A DNA stretch of 60,000 nucleotides from Lytechinus pictus. Its lineage: Eukaryota. The notes below the pieces were generated by a model, which was not told where the DNA came from, did not search any database, and saw nothing but the letters and a program-made list of their open reading frames with translations. The translations under genes were made by a program, and so were the position numbers. Below, one piece after another: positions 38,658 through 52,430 of the stretch (positions within the stretch are counted from its first letter, which is position 1; the number at the start of each line of letters is the position of its first letter). The DNA is taken from positions 39,682,001 through 39,742,000 of the forward strand of contig NC_087245.1 of the NCBI RefSeq assembly GCF_037042905.1. The letters run 5' to 3'.

Positions 38658-39696
38658 GGCTTAAAGCCATGTATAAAAAGGCAAGTGAATTCAAACTTCA
38701 CAGCGTCCACACGTTAAACGATGATAACATAGGATTTGGTAATAAGAGTACTGAAGTGATGACGTCCCCAAAAACTTTTTTTTTTGCATTTCAGCATTTT
38801 TGATAGAGCATGATGGTATACCCCCTCTATAAAAATTATTAGCCCCACTGAAGTAAATGTATTATTGGCCTGGTTCCTAACTTTTAGAACCAGGCCAATA
38901 GAACATTGACTTCAATGGGACTAATTATGTATTCATGAGGTCATATCCCAGGCCCCCATGGACCGATTCGCACCAAATTTTGGAAGTGGGGATATTTCCG
39001 AAACGCAAAAAGATAGAGCTGCAAAATTTCATGACTTTTTTTCTTTGAAGTCTCGCCCAACTTTTGAGTTCAATTTCGTGATGTACGGATATTTTGTCGC
39101 GACGCCATGTGAATTTTCTTGAAACAATGTCATGCCGAAAATTGCTAACTTTTATACTTTGTGTACAAAGTCTATGGGAGAAGAAATTAATAAAAGGGTG
39201 ATTATTTTTCATTCTAATTGGTCTGCTTAGTTAAGTTAGGGTTTGATTTAGTTGTTAAATTTAGTTGTTGAGTTTCCATTGAAAAAACAATGAAAAAGAA
39301 AAACACAGAAATACATAAGAAATTCTAAAAACAAAGAAATACATTAGGAAAAATTTGGTTTCGCAATTTTTCTTTGTGGAAACCTTTAAATAAGATTACA
39401 AAGATGACATCTGAGAAAAAGATTGTAAACTAGAAGAGAAATTAGGAAATTAAATATTCAAATAATGTTTTTCACGAATAAATTTGTATATTTCATTCAT
39501 AATAAAGGAAATCATTTTCGGATTTGTTATACTGGCTTGTAGTTTATGGGGTAAAGAATGTGTGTGTCAAATTTCAACGCGGTCGTACGAAATCAGGAGG
39601 GGGGGGGGGGGCATCATGCCCCCTTCAGTTCTAAATACCGTTTGCAAATAGCCCAGTCCTTTTAGGGTTAAACCTAAAGCATCAGAGGTGATTAGT

Positions 39697-40590
39697 CAGG
39701 GGCGTCGATCCATTTTTCAGATTGGGGGGGCAAAATCCTGAATCAACTTTCCAAAGGCGCTCGATCGCACATAACAAACACACACACATATATGCCTATA
39801 TATATATAGGCATATATACACACACAAACACACACACATATATATATATATATGACCCATGAGATTGAGACACATATCTCACCAACAAATTAATGCGAGC
39901 GCGAAGCGCGAGCTGAAATTTTTTGTATAATGATCTGATAACAGGAAAAAGGTGCCTGTTTAGGACTGTTTGTAGTAACTCATGAGGAGGATACATATCT
40001 CACAGATATAATGCGAGTGCCGAGAGCGAGGTGAAATTTCTTTATATTCTGACCTGTAAGGTTGATATTCTAAGCATATTTGGTACCAATGATGAAGATG
40101 GGTATCTGAAAAACAATAAATGCAAGCACGAAGTGCGAGCTGAAAATTTTGATATTTCGATCAGAAAAAAATGGGGTTTAATGGACGTTTTTAATTAAGA
40201 ACAAGCATATATCCAACAAAAGATTATTGCAAATCGAACCGCGAGTTATTTTGAGGTTTAGAACTGAAAACGGGACATTCTATTCTCTTAATAATCATGA
40301 AAAGTATGGGTATTTGCTACAGAAATGATGCGAGCGCGAAGCGCGAGCTGAAAATTTTTATATTCCAATCTGAAAAGCGGACATTTTATGCATGATTTTA
40401 AATAAAGAACGAGGTGTGTATTTCGATCTCGCTTGCTGATTTCTGTGTAACATTGCAATCTTATTTTGTTTTTTACACATGCGGAATTATTGGGGGGGCA
40501 AAACGATATGTTTGCCCCCCCCCAATATTTTCATTGGTGGGGCGATCGCCCCCCCCTGCCCCCCCCCCCCCCCCAGGATCGACGCCTCTG
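39697..40590. mobile_element. Non-autonomous hAT-like element
   Basis: TIR CAGGGGCGTCGATCC...GGATCGACGCCTCTG, a perfect 8-bp TSD TGATTAGT, and GCGAGCGCGAAGCGCG subrepeats. Confidence 0.9.
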
Positions 40591-40969
40591 TGATTAGTAT
40601 ATAACGTTTCTTTTCATAATTCACATTTCTGATTTAAACGTAGAAGAAAACTTAAGTTTGGCTTTCTACAAAAAAAAAGCAAGGCTCGAGTCCATTAAAG
40701 AAGTAGCCAGAGACGTTCATCTTATGCAACTCCACCATTTACTTTGGGTATCGCTCACTTTGATGCGTTTATCATGTTTAGGCCTACAGATAAGAATAAA
40801 GATAGTATTAGTATTATCCTATCATCCACAATGAACGAACTTTTATCCAAGGTAGGACGCGGTGCAAGGTGACGTTGATAACACGTGTTTGTTGGGAGTC
40901 CATCGATCAGAGTTATATGAACTTGAGGTGATAGATGGGGCAGCTACAATATATTAAATATTGGCCTAT

Positions 40970-43900
40970 ATTTTTTTTTAAAGCAGTATTTCTGCATTTA
41001 TTAATAAATCAAAATTACAAATTTATAACAATGATATAAAATGAAACATACATACTGATCAAGTTACAAAGGTGACAATTGTATAGTAGTTAAGTAGATA
41101 TAATAGACATAATATTCATGTAAACAATAACAAATGAATGTAAATGCAGAGGCCAGCTATCGTAAGCTGAAAGCTTGAAATAATAGCAGCCAGGGGAAAA
41201 GAGGCTACATGGAAACCATAATAAAAATACCGAGTCTTTATTATTTAAAAGTGATGTCACTTATATTGCTTAAAATATAATAAAAGGAAGGGGGGGAAGG
41301 GGCAAGATGAAGTGTGTGCAAGTGAGTGCGAGTGCAGGTGAGAATTTATAAGTATTTAGATAAAAGGTACCTCTTTAGTGAAGCTTTAAATGATATAAGA
41401 GATGCAGCTTGTTTGATATCATTCGGAAGGTTGTTCCAAACATCCGGGCCGTGATGCCGTATTGTTTTGTGAGCAATTATTAGTTTTGGGTTTGTTAAAT
41501 GAAAGTCAGATGAATGTCGAGTAGGGTATGAATGAATGTCTCTATTATAGACAAAAATATTTCGAAAGGGTGTTGGTATAGTGTTGGTGGAAAATTTGTA
41601 CATAAAAATAGCAGTTTGATAAGTGTGAATATCGTAGATCTTCAATGTTTTAAAATCATGAAATATAGGATCAGTATGAGCGAGATAATGGGAGTGATGA
41701 CAAATGCGAAGTGCTTTCTTTTGAAGGCGCAATATTGAATCGATTTTGATTTTGTTACTATTTCCCCATACAATATTACAATAAGATATATACGATAAGA
41801 TAAATGAGTTATAGAGCATAAGTAACGATCTTTGAGAGATATAATATTTTAATTTATACAAAATGCCTATGCCTCTTCCTGCCATCATGCTTATATTACG
41901 AATGTGACTACTCCAAGTTATGTTAGCATCGATCACTACACCTAAAAATTTAGTTTCTTGTTTTTCATTAATGGGTATATCATTGATATAAATATTATCG
42001 CGAAATATATGTTTAGAATTAATGTGTTTGAAGTACATGAAATTTGTTTTATCTATGTTAAGTGAAAGTTTGTTTGATTTAAACCATATTGATAATTTCT
42101 TTAATTCTTGATTGAGAGTTGCAACAAGTATGTTTAAGTTGTGGTGTGAATAAAATATGTTGGTGTCATCTGCGAATAAAACATATGTAAGTAAGGGTGA
42201 TGTGTTCACAATGTCGTTCATATATATTAAAAATAATAAAGGTCCCAGGATTGAACCCTGTGGTACTCCACATATTACGGGGCATATATTAGATGATTTG
42301 GATTTAAAATTAACATATTGGCGTCTATTAGCTAAATAATCTTTAAACCAAGATAGTACGATCCCTCTGATTCCATATGTCTTTAGTTTACTCAGTAATA
42401 TGCGATGGTCCATTGTATCGAACGCCTTCGATAAATCCATAAAAACCCCAATAGTGTGCTCCTTTTTTGAAAGTGAATCAGTTATTTTATCATATAATTG
42501 TAAAATTGCATAATCGGTTGAATGGTTTTTTCTGAAACCATATTGATTGGGGATTAATAATTTGTTAGTGTCCAAAAATGAGTATAAACGATTGTAAACA
42601 ATTTTTTCAAGTATTTTGGAAATGCTTGGTAACAGTGAAATAGGGCGGTAGTTTACAATCCGACATGGGTCATCTTTTTTATATATTGGAATAATTTTGG
42701 CAAGTTTTAGCGATTCAGGAAAAACACCTTGAGAGAGAGACAGATTGAAAATATGTACAAGTGGAGAAGCCAGGAAAAAAATTATTTGTTTAAGTAGATA
42801 TACACTTATCCCATCATGGCCACTGGATTTGCTGGGTTTTAAGGATCGAACAATTTCTAACATTTCCTGAATATTTGTAGGGTTGAAAAATAAGGAGTGT
42901 TCGTTATGGTTATCTAAATATTGTGAAAAATCATGGTCATTGGTAACAATTTTCGAAGCTAGGTTTGGACCAACATTAGTAAAAAATGAATTGAATGCGT
43001 TTGCAATAACACTGGGGTCTCTGATGTGGTCACCATTTTCTAAAAATTCATCATTGTCTCGATCATCTTTTTTCTTACCTAGAATGTCATTTATTGTATG
43101 CCATAAAGTTTTGTTATTGTCTTTATTGTTTTCAATTTTGTCTGAGAAGTAAGATTTTCGTGCTAAACGGATTACAGATGTTAATTTATTACGATATTTT
43201 TTGTATTTATTTTGATGTTCTATTGTAGGTGATTTAAGTGATATCTTATACAATCTATTGCGAGTAAATATAGATTTAATTATTCCTTGAGTGATCCATG
43301 GTTGTTTATTCTTCTTTTTGTTTGAAGTTATTTTTGTCAAAGGTACGTTTTTGTTGTAATAATGAAGAAGTTTGTTTATGAATATTTCATATGAATTGTT
43401 AACATCCTGCTCTTGATAAACATCTTGCCATGTTTCTGTAAACAGATCTGTTTTTAGGGAATCTATGTTGCGCTTGGTCTCTTTTCGTCGAGTAGTGTGT
43501 TCTGTGTTGCATTGTTTATGTAAGCGATAGGTGCTTGAACATATCGTGAAAATAGGTAAATGATCAGAGATATCATAATATATTATTCCATTATTATTGG
43601 TATTAAATACATTTGTAAAAATATTGTCAATAATTGTATGTGTCGCATTTGTTATCCTCGTAGGTTTATCAATGAGAGGTTTAAAAGAAAATGATGACAT
43701 CAAAGTGATCATGTGTTGGCCGAGGGCAGTATAAGGTATTGAGAGATCTATATTAAAATCGCCCATGATGTAGATGTCCTTATTTTCACGAGATACAGTT
43801 TCGAGACATAATTCTAATCTATCTAGGAATATATCAACAACGCTGTTTGGTGGCCTATATATTACACCGACTATTTTATTTTTATGTTTATCATCGATAA

Positions 43901-44520
43901 TTTCTATGAATAAAGTTTCTAACCCGTCAAGTTGAATATCGTCCCTTATTTTATAATGCATATCATTGTGAATATAAAAAGCGACCCCACCTCCCTTACC
44001 TTGTTTACGATCTATATGGTTAAATGTATAATTATCAATTTCGAATATGGGAGGGGTTGTTGAGTGTAACCACGTCTCGGTCATACCTATAATAGAGAAT
44101 GGAAATTTATTCAATATATTTAAGAATTCACTGAAAGTTTCAAAGTTCTTTTGTAAGCTTCGAATGTTTATGTGCATTAAGCTCAAGTGATTTGGTTTAT
44201 CGTTTCGATTTTTAGTATTAAAAGCTGAAATAAATTCTTTAGCAGTGTAATATTTGCTCTGGGGGGCAAATACTTCATCATTAAATATGTCATCCAAATG
44301 AGGTACATTTTGGTTTGCAGTACGATTGGGAGTGCTCGGTGCGTGCAAGGTGCTAGGAGGGGTGCATGTGTTTTGCGTTGAGTGTATAAGGGTGTGTTCA
44401 CGCGTGACGGTCTGACATACTCAAGGCTAGTGGCAACCTGTATTTTGTGACATTTGCTACAAAAAAAATTGGGGGGGGGGGGGAGAAGGAGGAAAAAAGG
44501 TAAAATAGCTGTTTGCAAAT
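40970..44520 (-). mobile_element. Non-LTR retrotransposon (CR1/L2 group, probably Crack-like)
   Basis: Intact ORF2 plus a 3' UTR of about 370 bp ending AATAAAT...(A)n near 40970. The 5' boundary is uncertain and no ORF1 is seen. Confidence 0.85.
41346..44348 (-). CDS. LINE ORF2: apurinic-like endonuclease + reverse transcriptase (1000 aa; true start uncertain)
   Basis: APE motifs HINIRSL, TETWL, GGGVA, YRPP, GDFNID, IDNIF, SDHLP. RT motifs YRPISLL, QYGFR, DLSKAFD, GVPQGSILGP, FADDT, KFLGV. Confidence 0.97.
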   Translation of the reverse strand: MHAPSTPNRTANQNVPHLDDIFNDEVFAPQSKYYTAKEFISAFNTKNRNDKPNHLSLMHINIRSLQKNFETFSEFLNILNKFPFSIIGMTETWLHSTTPPIFEIDNYTFNHIDRKQGKGGGVAFYIHNDMHYKIRDDIQLDGLETLFIEIIDDKHKNKIVGVIYRPPNSVVDIFLDRLELCLETVSRENKDIYIMGDFNIDLSIPYTALGQHMITLMSSFSFKPLIDKPTRITNATHTIIDNIFTNVFNTNNNGIIYYDISDHLPIFTICSSTYRLHKQCNTEHTTRRKETKRNIDSLKTDLFTETWQDVYQEQDVNNSYEIFINKLLHYYNKNVPLTKITSNKKKNKQPWITQGIIKSIFTRNRLYKISLKSPTIEHQNKYKKYRNKLTSVIRLARKSYFSDKIENNKDNNKTLWHTINDILGKKKDDRDNDEFLENGDHIRDPSVIANAFNSFFTNVGPNLASKIVTNDHDFSQYLDNHNEHSLFFNPTNIQEMLEIVRSLKPSKSSGHDGISVYLLKQIIFFLASPLVHIFNLSLSQGVFPESLKLAKIIPIYKKDDPCRIVNYRPISLLPSISKILEKIVYNRLYSFLDTNKLLIPNQYGFRKNHSTDYAILQLYDKITDSLSKKEHTIGVFMDLSKAFDTMDHRILLSKLKTYGIRGIVLSWFKDYLANRRQYVNFKSKSSNICPVICGVPQGSILGPLLFLIYMNDIVNTSPLLTYVLFADDTNIFYSHHNLNILVATLNQELKKLSIWFKSNKLSLNIDKTNFMYFKHINSKHIFRDNIYINDIPINEKQETKFLGVVIDANITWSSHIRNISMMAGRGIGILYKLKYYISQRSLLMLYNSFILSYISYCNIVWGNSNKIKIDSILRLQKKALRICHHSHYLAHTDPIFHDFKTLKIYDIHTYQTAIFMYKFSTNTIPTPFRNIFVYNRDIHSYPTRHSSDFHLTNPKLIIAHKTIRHHGPDVWNNLPNDIKQAASLISFKASLKRYLLSKYL

Positions 44521-46474
44521 AATTATGTTAAGATAAAACATAATGTTCGTAAACATAAATGGAGTGTGAAAGTAGATGATCGCCTTTTCATTTCAATTGA
44601 CATGTCATATAATGACGTGTCCTTTTTTGCGTATAAGAATCAATTAAAATATCAGTATACCCTCGTCTATGTTTCGAACCGACTGGATCCACATCGCTCC
44701 TAAAGTGGTTGGTATTTCTCAGTATTTTTATTAATACATCATATTTCTTGTTTAGTCAGCATCAATAACGTTTACGTTCTTACCCAAGATACATATATAT
44801 TTTTAAAAATATGTCATTTTAGAGCAAAACTCAAAAAAGCAATGTTAAAGCTACTATTCCAAAACCACTTTGAAGAACACCATCTTAACTATCCCATCAA
44901 ATCTCAGCATCCTTATCCAGGATGCAACATTGTGATGTGTTATTATATTTGATATAAATACTCATTGCAATGATGAATAATTTCCTTCTAATCTTTATAA
45001 TGTTCATAGCACAAATATTTGCCAGGAAGTCTTCAGTATTATGATTCCAAGCATTCGTCTACTTTTATTGAGCATCGTATTGCCTTCATTCTTATTTTTT
45101 AAAAAGAGTAATTGTATTTCCGATTGTTTGAAGGAAGAATATCTTCATGGACACTTACTTACAACATGGACATGCTTATACCATGGAGCTATTACAGAGT
45201 TCCATGATTATACCACGACATTTATTTCGTTCTGACTTCCGTACTCACGTTCATAGCATTGAGGTACCTCCACCGGTAAAGGGAGTGTGGTGCCCCCCTA
45301 AAAAAACATCTTAACGTGGTGGGGTGCCAAAATATTTAGCTTTACTATAAAGACTGTTATTGATTTGACCTTATGACCCTCTTAAAACGGAGAAGAAAGC
45401 ATTTCAATGCTTCACCTAAAAAAAAAACTATTGTCCAATTTCAGTTCTCCTTGTTTTCTTTTCCTCTTTGTTGTCTTGTATTCCACCTCCAGCTCCATTT
45501 TCGTTCGTTCCTTTTCTGTCATCTTTCGATCCATGTGATAATGCCTCCCGGTAGTACTAAGCGGTGTTGTGCTTCACCTTTCATGCGAGAAAAAGGGGTA
45601 AAAAATCAGTTTATTTACCCTACCTGGTTAGGGGTCATGAACAGTTATGTCGTAAACCCAGAAACATTCTGACATTCCATTTTCCCTCCCAAGTGTTCCC
45701 AACTTCCTTTTCACTCTATTCGTGAGGGCACGTATAGTCATCGGAAAAGGGTCGTGTGCAAGTTTTTTTTTTTTTGGTGAAACTAGGGTCCATGTTCAAA
45801 CCAACCACGAATCGTTGTTGCTATGGTTCCGTGCAGGGACAAAGCCTTAAAACAACATTTGCGATTGAATTCGAGACAGGAATTTGAAAATAACAATTAT
45901 AAATCAAATATCTGTTGCTTATGGATTGCGTTCACCCCCCCCCCCCCCCCCATCCCCTCCTCAGTGAACGGTCCATCATTAGTTAGTATCAGGTTTGGTT
46001 ATAGATACTTTGATTTTAATGTTTTCAAAGATGGTTTTGATGAACTTTTTTTTTTCTAGTTTACCATGGACCTACAACAGTTCATGAGTTTACCAACTAT
46101 CTTCATGTAATGTATTGAATGCTTGCCAACTCTGTACTCAGCAATTTGAATTTCAATAATTATTGTAGTCCCGGGGGGGGGGGTGTAATGTAATTTAACG
46201 TAATGTCTATTGGGCCTTTTGAGCTGAAGATATCTTAAATACATTCAACAGCAGTTAAATAATTTTCCATTTTATTCTTTATTTCAGTAATATATAATTC
46301 AGGTACAAATTAACGGCTTTACATCTAAAAGAAAACAATTTAAAATAGAACATTATGGAAATATAAAATCAATATTATAGGCCTACATGCGTATATATAA
46401 AACGAAAAGAGGAAGAACAAAAACAGATCAGACCGAGGTAAACAGACTTCCATTATTTATCTTTTCTTCTTTAA

Positions 46475-47073
46475 AGGACAAGTCCACCCCAACTAAAAGC
46501 TGATTTGAATAGAAAGAGAAAATTCAAACAAGCTTAACACTGAAAATTTCATCAAAATCGGATTTAAAATAAGAAAGTTATGGCATTTTGAAGTTTCGCT
46601 TAATTTAACAAAACAGTTAAATGCACATTCTGTTCGGTATGCAAATGAGGGAACCGATGACATCACCCACTCACTATTTCTTTTGAATTCTATTATATAA
46701 AATATGAAATATTTTGATTTTCTCATCATTGTCATGTGAAACAAAGTTTCGTTCCTCCCTGAACACGTGGAATTCCATCATTTTAACATTTTGTGGTTCA
46801 AGCAAGGAGATCCTGATTGTCAAAATTGTAAAAATTGAAATATTGTATAATTCAAACAATAAAAAACAAAAGAAATAGTGAGTGACATCATCACTCTCTC
46901 ATTTACATTTCACTGAGTTGAGCATAGAACTGTTTTGTGAAAAATAAGCGAAACTTTAAATTGTCATAACTTTCTTATTTTACATCCGATTTTGATGAAG
47001 TTTTCAGCGTTATTCATGTTTGATTTTTCTCTATTTATTTAAATCAATTTTTTTTCTGGGGTGGACTTGACCC
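46475..47073. mobile_element. TTAA-specific MITE (Kolobok-like), copy 3
   Basis: TTAA|AGGACAAGTCCACCCC...GGGGTGGACTTGACCC|TTAA, collinear with 8874-9465. Confidence 0.9.
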
Positions 47074-50000
47074 TTAAAATCATCTACAAGTCATACTCAG
47101 TTGATTGATATACTCAAAAGTACTCTTTGAATAGCGTACTCTTTTTTCTCTCTCTCCTTCTCTCTCATTTATAATGACGACATACATGGTCAGTGATTGT
47201 TAAGATTCTCCATCTACTCATTTCCCCATGCCTTGCCAGTATGTCACCTGTTGTGTGTTTATAATGATCCCACAGGTGTGCCTAAAAAAGCGTTTTATAA
47301 CTTGAATACTTTCAGCCATTTTCTTGTATTTGTGTTGAACGTAATTGAATCCGACATTACATAACATTCAACTTCAAATTGAAACAAGGAATATTCGCGC
47401 TGTGTGGCAAAAGGAGCTATTTCTATTCATGACATGCCGACAGACTTTTCGTCTCTCAATGTCCTATATCTGCCGAATATGGCTCCATTCGGACAACTGT
47501 GTTGCGGTATAAATCATACACATAAAAAATTGGATGACATAAGTAATCAAATATCAGTCATATGAAGTCGTTTTGTTCGTTACATTTCACTTGAATTTCG
47601 TTCTTTTACTTTCATTTTGTAATCTTCGGGGAGTTGATGCCAAGAATAAATTCAACGTGGTGCCAAAACTTTGTTGAAAATAGTCTTTGACAAGTTCACC
47701 AACGTGTCCTAGATGTGAACCATACGGAATTCTAACGGTGCAATACACAGTGGAATATGCTACGGAGTTAGTCACACCGACGAAACCAACTCCAAACAGA
47801 CCACTGCTTATCTTTAATTAGGCAATAAGTGAGTTATCTTTGGTCGGCCTGGAGTCGGTTTCTGCTCGTAGTGTGAAAATGCAGTTGACAAGGCTTATCC
47901 GTACTCGACACGTTGCCATATGATTTTGGCTGAGATGTGATAGCAGATTTGGTGTTACATCGATGAAACCCTTTTCCGACTAGGCACTTGCTGGACCGAT
48001 CCCATGGCCCTAGGAATTGGCCCTCAAAATTCCTTGAGGGTGCTGCGTGTATCATTCTCCATAGGCAGCACCCTCTGGTGTGTAGGACGATGTGTAAAAA
48101 TTGAAAAATGTGAATTTGATCTCCATCACTAGTTTTGTATTGAATTTTTTTTTTTTTGCTTTCCAAATTCCTTGGGACCAATATGATCTCCATTTTGAAC
48201 ATTTTGCATCGGCACCCTCAGTGAAAAAAAAAAATCGTTCCCAGGGCCCTGACCGATCCTGCATCGTATATGTTTGGATGAGAGTGACTACGGCAAGCTC
48301 CAAGCTGCCTTTCACATTTCATTGCTTGACCCTCCACCCATTCCCTTCCCCCTCCACGATGCAGTATCACTCATAACAGTGTAAATAAAAAGCAACATTT
48401 GCAGTCAAACATTGGTTTTACCAGTATACTATTAGAGGGGGGGGGGGGGCTCTGCCTTAAAGACATATCGGGTTAGTAGCAGAAAAATGGGAACAACTTT
48501 TCATAAAGGTTTAACCCCCCCCCCCCCCCCCCCAATTCAATCAATGTACGGTATATGGTGGAAATAATAGGCAGTTTTCAACAATTTACCTTCATCGTGT
48601 TCATGGCACCACATGCGAGCATTATTGATTAACTTATTAATTGATTGAGATGTTTGAGACAAGTGATAATGAATTCCCGATTGTCTGTATTTGTTGCTAA
48701 TGAGCCTACTCGCGAAATGATCTGTACAACTTAGTTTTCACGTTTGTACAAACAACTCCTTACATACAGCTTGCCTTTCACTAAATTAAACTGAACTTAA
48801 AAATTGGAAGAAGTAGACAAAAACCCTGAAACCTGAGTGAATTCCACCTTTTTATTCGGATCAATGAAAATGAAACTTTTCTCTGTATTTTTTTATCAAA
48901 ACGATTGTCACAAAGCTCATCTCGTCCTTCGTTATTGTTTGTTCATGGTTTTTGCGGGTATTTTTCTGCTTTCAAAACACCAAAAGAATGTAGAAGACTG
49001 TAATAACGTGCTATAGCTATAATTATTTACAATGGAATCAAATTAAGAATTAACAAAGCATGAATCTCTATAAAATGTGCTCGTGCATTTTTCACGGGCA
49101 TGACAGGGTTACTAGTTCACTCCAAAGAATATAACTGATATATAAAAAACCATAAAGCCAACTAATTCATTAGAATGATGAACCAGAAGACTGGTTCTTA
49201 AACAAAACTGGCATTATTAAAAAAATAATATATTTTTCAGTGACTGAGCTTTGAGAATGATAGTTAATTATGGTAAATAAAAGAATCAAATCAAACAGCT
49301 TTATAAATGAATTTTGAATGAAGATTCAAAAGATTCCAATGCTATTGTTGAAGCTCAAATAGCGCAACGGTCGTAAACTTTACCGGATATTAAACATGTT
49401 AAAGAAAGTTCATGACCTTGTGATTAACACTATCGTAATTTTGGTCCAGTTATCATGCATTTAATAAGTAGCCTCTATTATCAATATTTCAGGTTTTTAT
49501 AAGGTTTTTATGGTTTCCGTAAAATGTTGTCACGCCACCATCATATTGCAATATAATAACATGAAATTTTACTCTAAATAAAATAGTATTGTGATGACTT
49601 TGCATTCTTATTGGTTAAAAACTTTCAATTCAACCCTTATTCGAAACCCCCGATTTAACATAACATAAATCATTTCAGAATTTAACAAGAAAATCCATCA
49701 TAGCCGTGATCATTTCACCTCGATTTGTCTTTTCTCATCCAGTTCAGCTGAGAACATTTCTCCTTCTAAAACCTCATTTTAAATGTAAATTCGCGATAAC
49801 GTACAAGAACATGTCAGGCGTGAGGGACGCGATGCAGTAGTTGTCAGTGGCAACCAAACTTTTTCTATCTGGAATATTACGAGGTGCGGAATGTGAGGGC
49901 GGGAATAGATGAAGGTGATGAAATGTGAAACAGTGCTTGGGGTCAGATTATCATTTATAGCCATTTATGTTATTTGGCTCCGGTTTTATGGCTTTTTCTA

Positions 50001-50294
50001 CAGGCCAGATCAGATTTCCATTATAAAATCGCAGGTGTGCGAATACAGCTAACAATCCCTTCGAATATAGCGTTCAATAGGTCTGTACAACGGCTCTTAG
50101 CGCTTTAAAATTGATTATCCCCGTAACATAATTATTGATCCAACTCTAAAATCGATATTATATTGTAACGGTAAGTTGTTTAACCCTTTCACGCGACAAC
50201 TGTGAGGCCACAGGCCACTATAGACAAATCATGAGAGAATTCACTGAGATTGTCACCGCATTGGTACATGATGTGTAACATTAAAGTTGTACAC

Positions 50295-50887
50295 TGTAAA
50301 GAGGTACTCTAGGCCATGTAGGCCGAAAAATAATATGATTTGAACGATAAAGTAAAATCAGACAAAGAATACACTGAAAATTAATCAAAGTTGGACAAGG
50401 ATTAACAAAGTTATGGCCTTTTGCAGTTTTGCATTATTTCGGTGACACAGATCTAGCATGTCTTCATTATAATGCAATGAACAAGCTGATTATGACTGTC
50501 CTAAACCCCAAATTATCCCTATGTATTTCATTATATAAAATTTATTCAAATTTTGTCCTCCAGAAATAAAAAAATTGGATTGACTACTTATGTAACGTGT
50601 AATACAATCATTGCTGCAACTTTGTTTCAACATGTTCAAGGGAGATATACCATACAAATATGTATGAAAAAATGAAATTATTAGGATTTCATGTAATAAC
50701 GTGGAAAATGGATATTGGAGACATGGACTCATCGGGCCACTTAATGAATTTTCATGACGGCGTGCAGATAACTATTTCGACAAAATAATGCTAAACTTCA
50801 ATAACTCCCTTATTTGTTATCAGATTTTGATGGAAATTTCAGCGTTTTGCGCGATAAATTATTTTCAGCCCGAAACGTCCCCTTTGA
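50295..50887. mobile_element. Old Kolobok-like MITE, diverged
   Basis: Shares ACTGAAAATT..ATCAAA, AAAGTTATG and GATTTTGATG.AATTTCAG motifs with the TTAA MITEs. Ends are degraded. Confidence 0.5.
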
Positions 50888-51201
50888 AGGTATTCACAGT
50901 GTGAAATTGGATTGCACAGTTTTCTGTATTTGACCAGAACCCCGTGACATAATCCAGCTACATGTATACTCAAACATAAATTAAGGAGCCATGCTTATCG
51001 TACATGAAATTAATGTTGCTGAAAAGGAATAGAATTTATGAAAGAATTCATATGCAAGAATAGTTAGCCAATATTAATGTGTGCATAATACTAATGATAA
51101 TTAAAAAACGTGGGCAAAATTACAAAAGATGACGCATAATTCTCACATATTTGACACATTTCTTTTCCTATTCAGCCTTTTTGTGTTTTAGGTTTTAGTA
51201 A

Positions 51202-51366
51202 TACCTCGGTCACATTTGCTCTACGGCGGCCGTACGGCGAGTCGAAAACAGCCGTTTTAACATTTTTTTTGTACCAGCTACATAAAGGTGGTTTGGATGA
51301 AAATTAATAAAACGGCTATTTTTCGACTCGCCGTACGGCCGCCGTAGAGCAAATGTGACCGAGGTA
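51202..51366. mobile_element. Palindromic MITE, TWA target, copy 2
   Basis: TAA|TACCTCGGTCACATTTGCTCTACGGCGGCCGTACGGCGAGTCGAAAA...TTTTCGACTCGCCGTACGGCCGCCGTAGAGCAAATGTGACCGAGGTA|TTA. Confidence 0.9.
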
Positions 51367-51954
51367 TTATTTTAAGAGGAATAAAGCGCGAGCCACACCC
51401 ACCTTCAGCTTGTTATTATCCAACAGTTATCCAACATTCTGTTATGTTTAATGTTTACGTTTCATAAACATAGTTTGGACTCATGTTTCATATTAGAACT
51501 GTCATGTATTTATTATTCATGAAAAAACTTTATTAACGTTTGAAGTACGAATTGGCAAACATCCAATTTTGTGTTGTTTATAAATAGTAGACATTTTGGT
51601 AAGTCAGTGGTGTAACTATAGCCTGCTTATGTCATGTTTCTTCTGTATTTTTGACAATCGACAATATCCAATGTATTGTGCTTGTTCTGCATATTATTTT
51701 GTTGTTGTTGATTTTGATGATGGGATATATGATAATCTTTCAAAAATCGTGAACTCAACAGAAAATTCTCTTTGAAACACATGCCACTGGGATTGTCAGG
51801 AATGTTTGACGGGTTGTTGAATGCAGTCAGAAATCCATAGATCTTTACTGTCGTAAATAGGGCAACTCCTCGGATACGATTCCCATGACTCCCGTATAAA
51901 AGATGCTTAGAACATTATGGCTGCCCATGCACCCTACCGGAAAGATCGCTGTGC

Positions 51955-52430
51955 CACACAGTGTATTCATAAAATGTTCACAGTGTGTTCATTGTGTTTT
52001 CATAATGTGTTCACCGTGTGCTAATAGTGCATTTACAGTCTGTTCCCAGTGTGCTCATAGTGTATGTGTTCAGTGTGTTCATGGTGTATTCACAGTGCGT
52101 TCACAATGAATTCAGTGGATTTACAGTGTGCTCAGTGTGCTCATAGTGTATGTGTTCACGGTGTGTTCACAATGAATTCAGTGTATTTATAGTGTGCTCA
52201 GTGTATTCACAGTGTGCTCATAGTGTATGTGTTCAGTGTGTTCACGGTGTGTTCACAGTGTGTTCACAATGAATTCAGTGTATTCACAGTGTGTTCACAA
52301 TGAATTCAGTGTTTTTACAGTGTGTTCACAATGAATTCGGTGTATTTAGAGTGTGCTCAGTGTATTCACAGTGTGCTCATAGTGTATTGACAGTGTATTC
52401 GCAGTGTATTCACAGTGTGTTTACAGTGTT
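51955..52430. repeat. Minisatellite of about 11 bp (CACAGTGTGTT variants)
   Basis: Tandem CAGTGTGTTCA / CAGTGTATTCA units with a higher-order CACAATGAATT spacer. Confidence 0.9.

Noticed and set aside
51903..52109. Cys/Val-rich ORF
   Set aside because: It is a translation of the 11-bp minisatellite.
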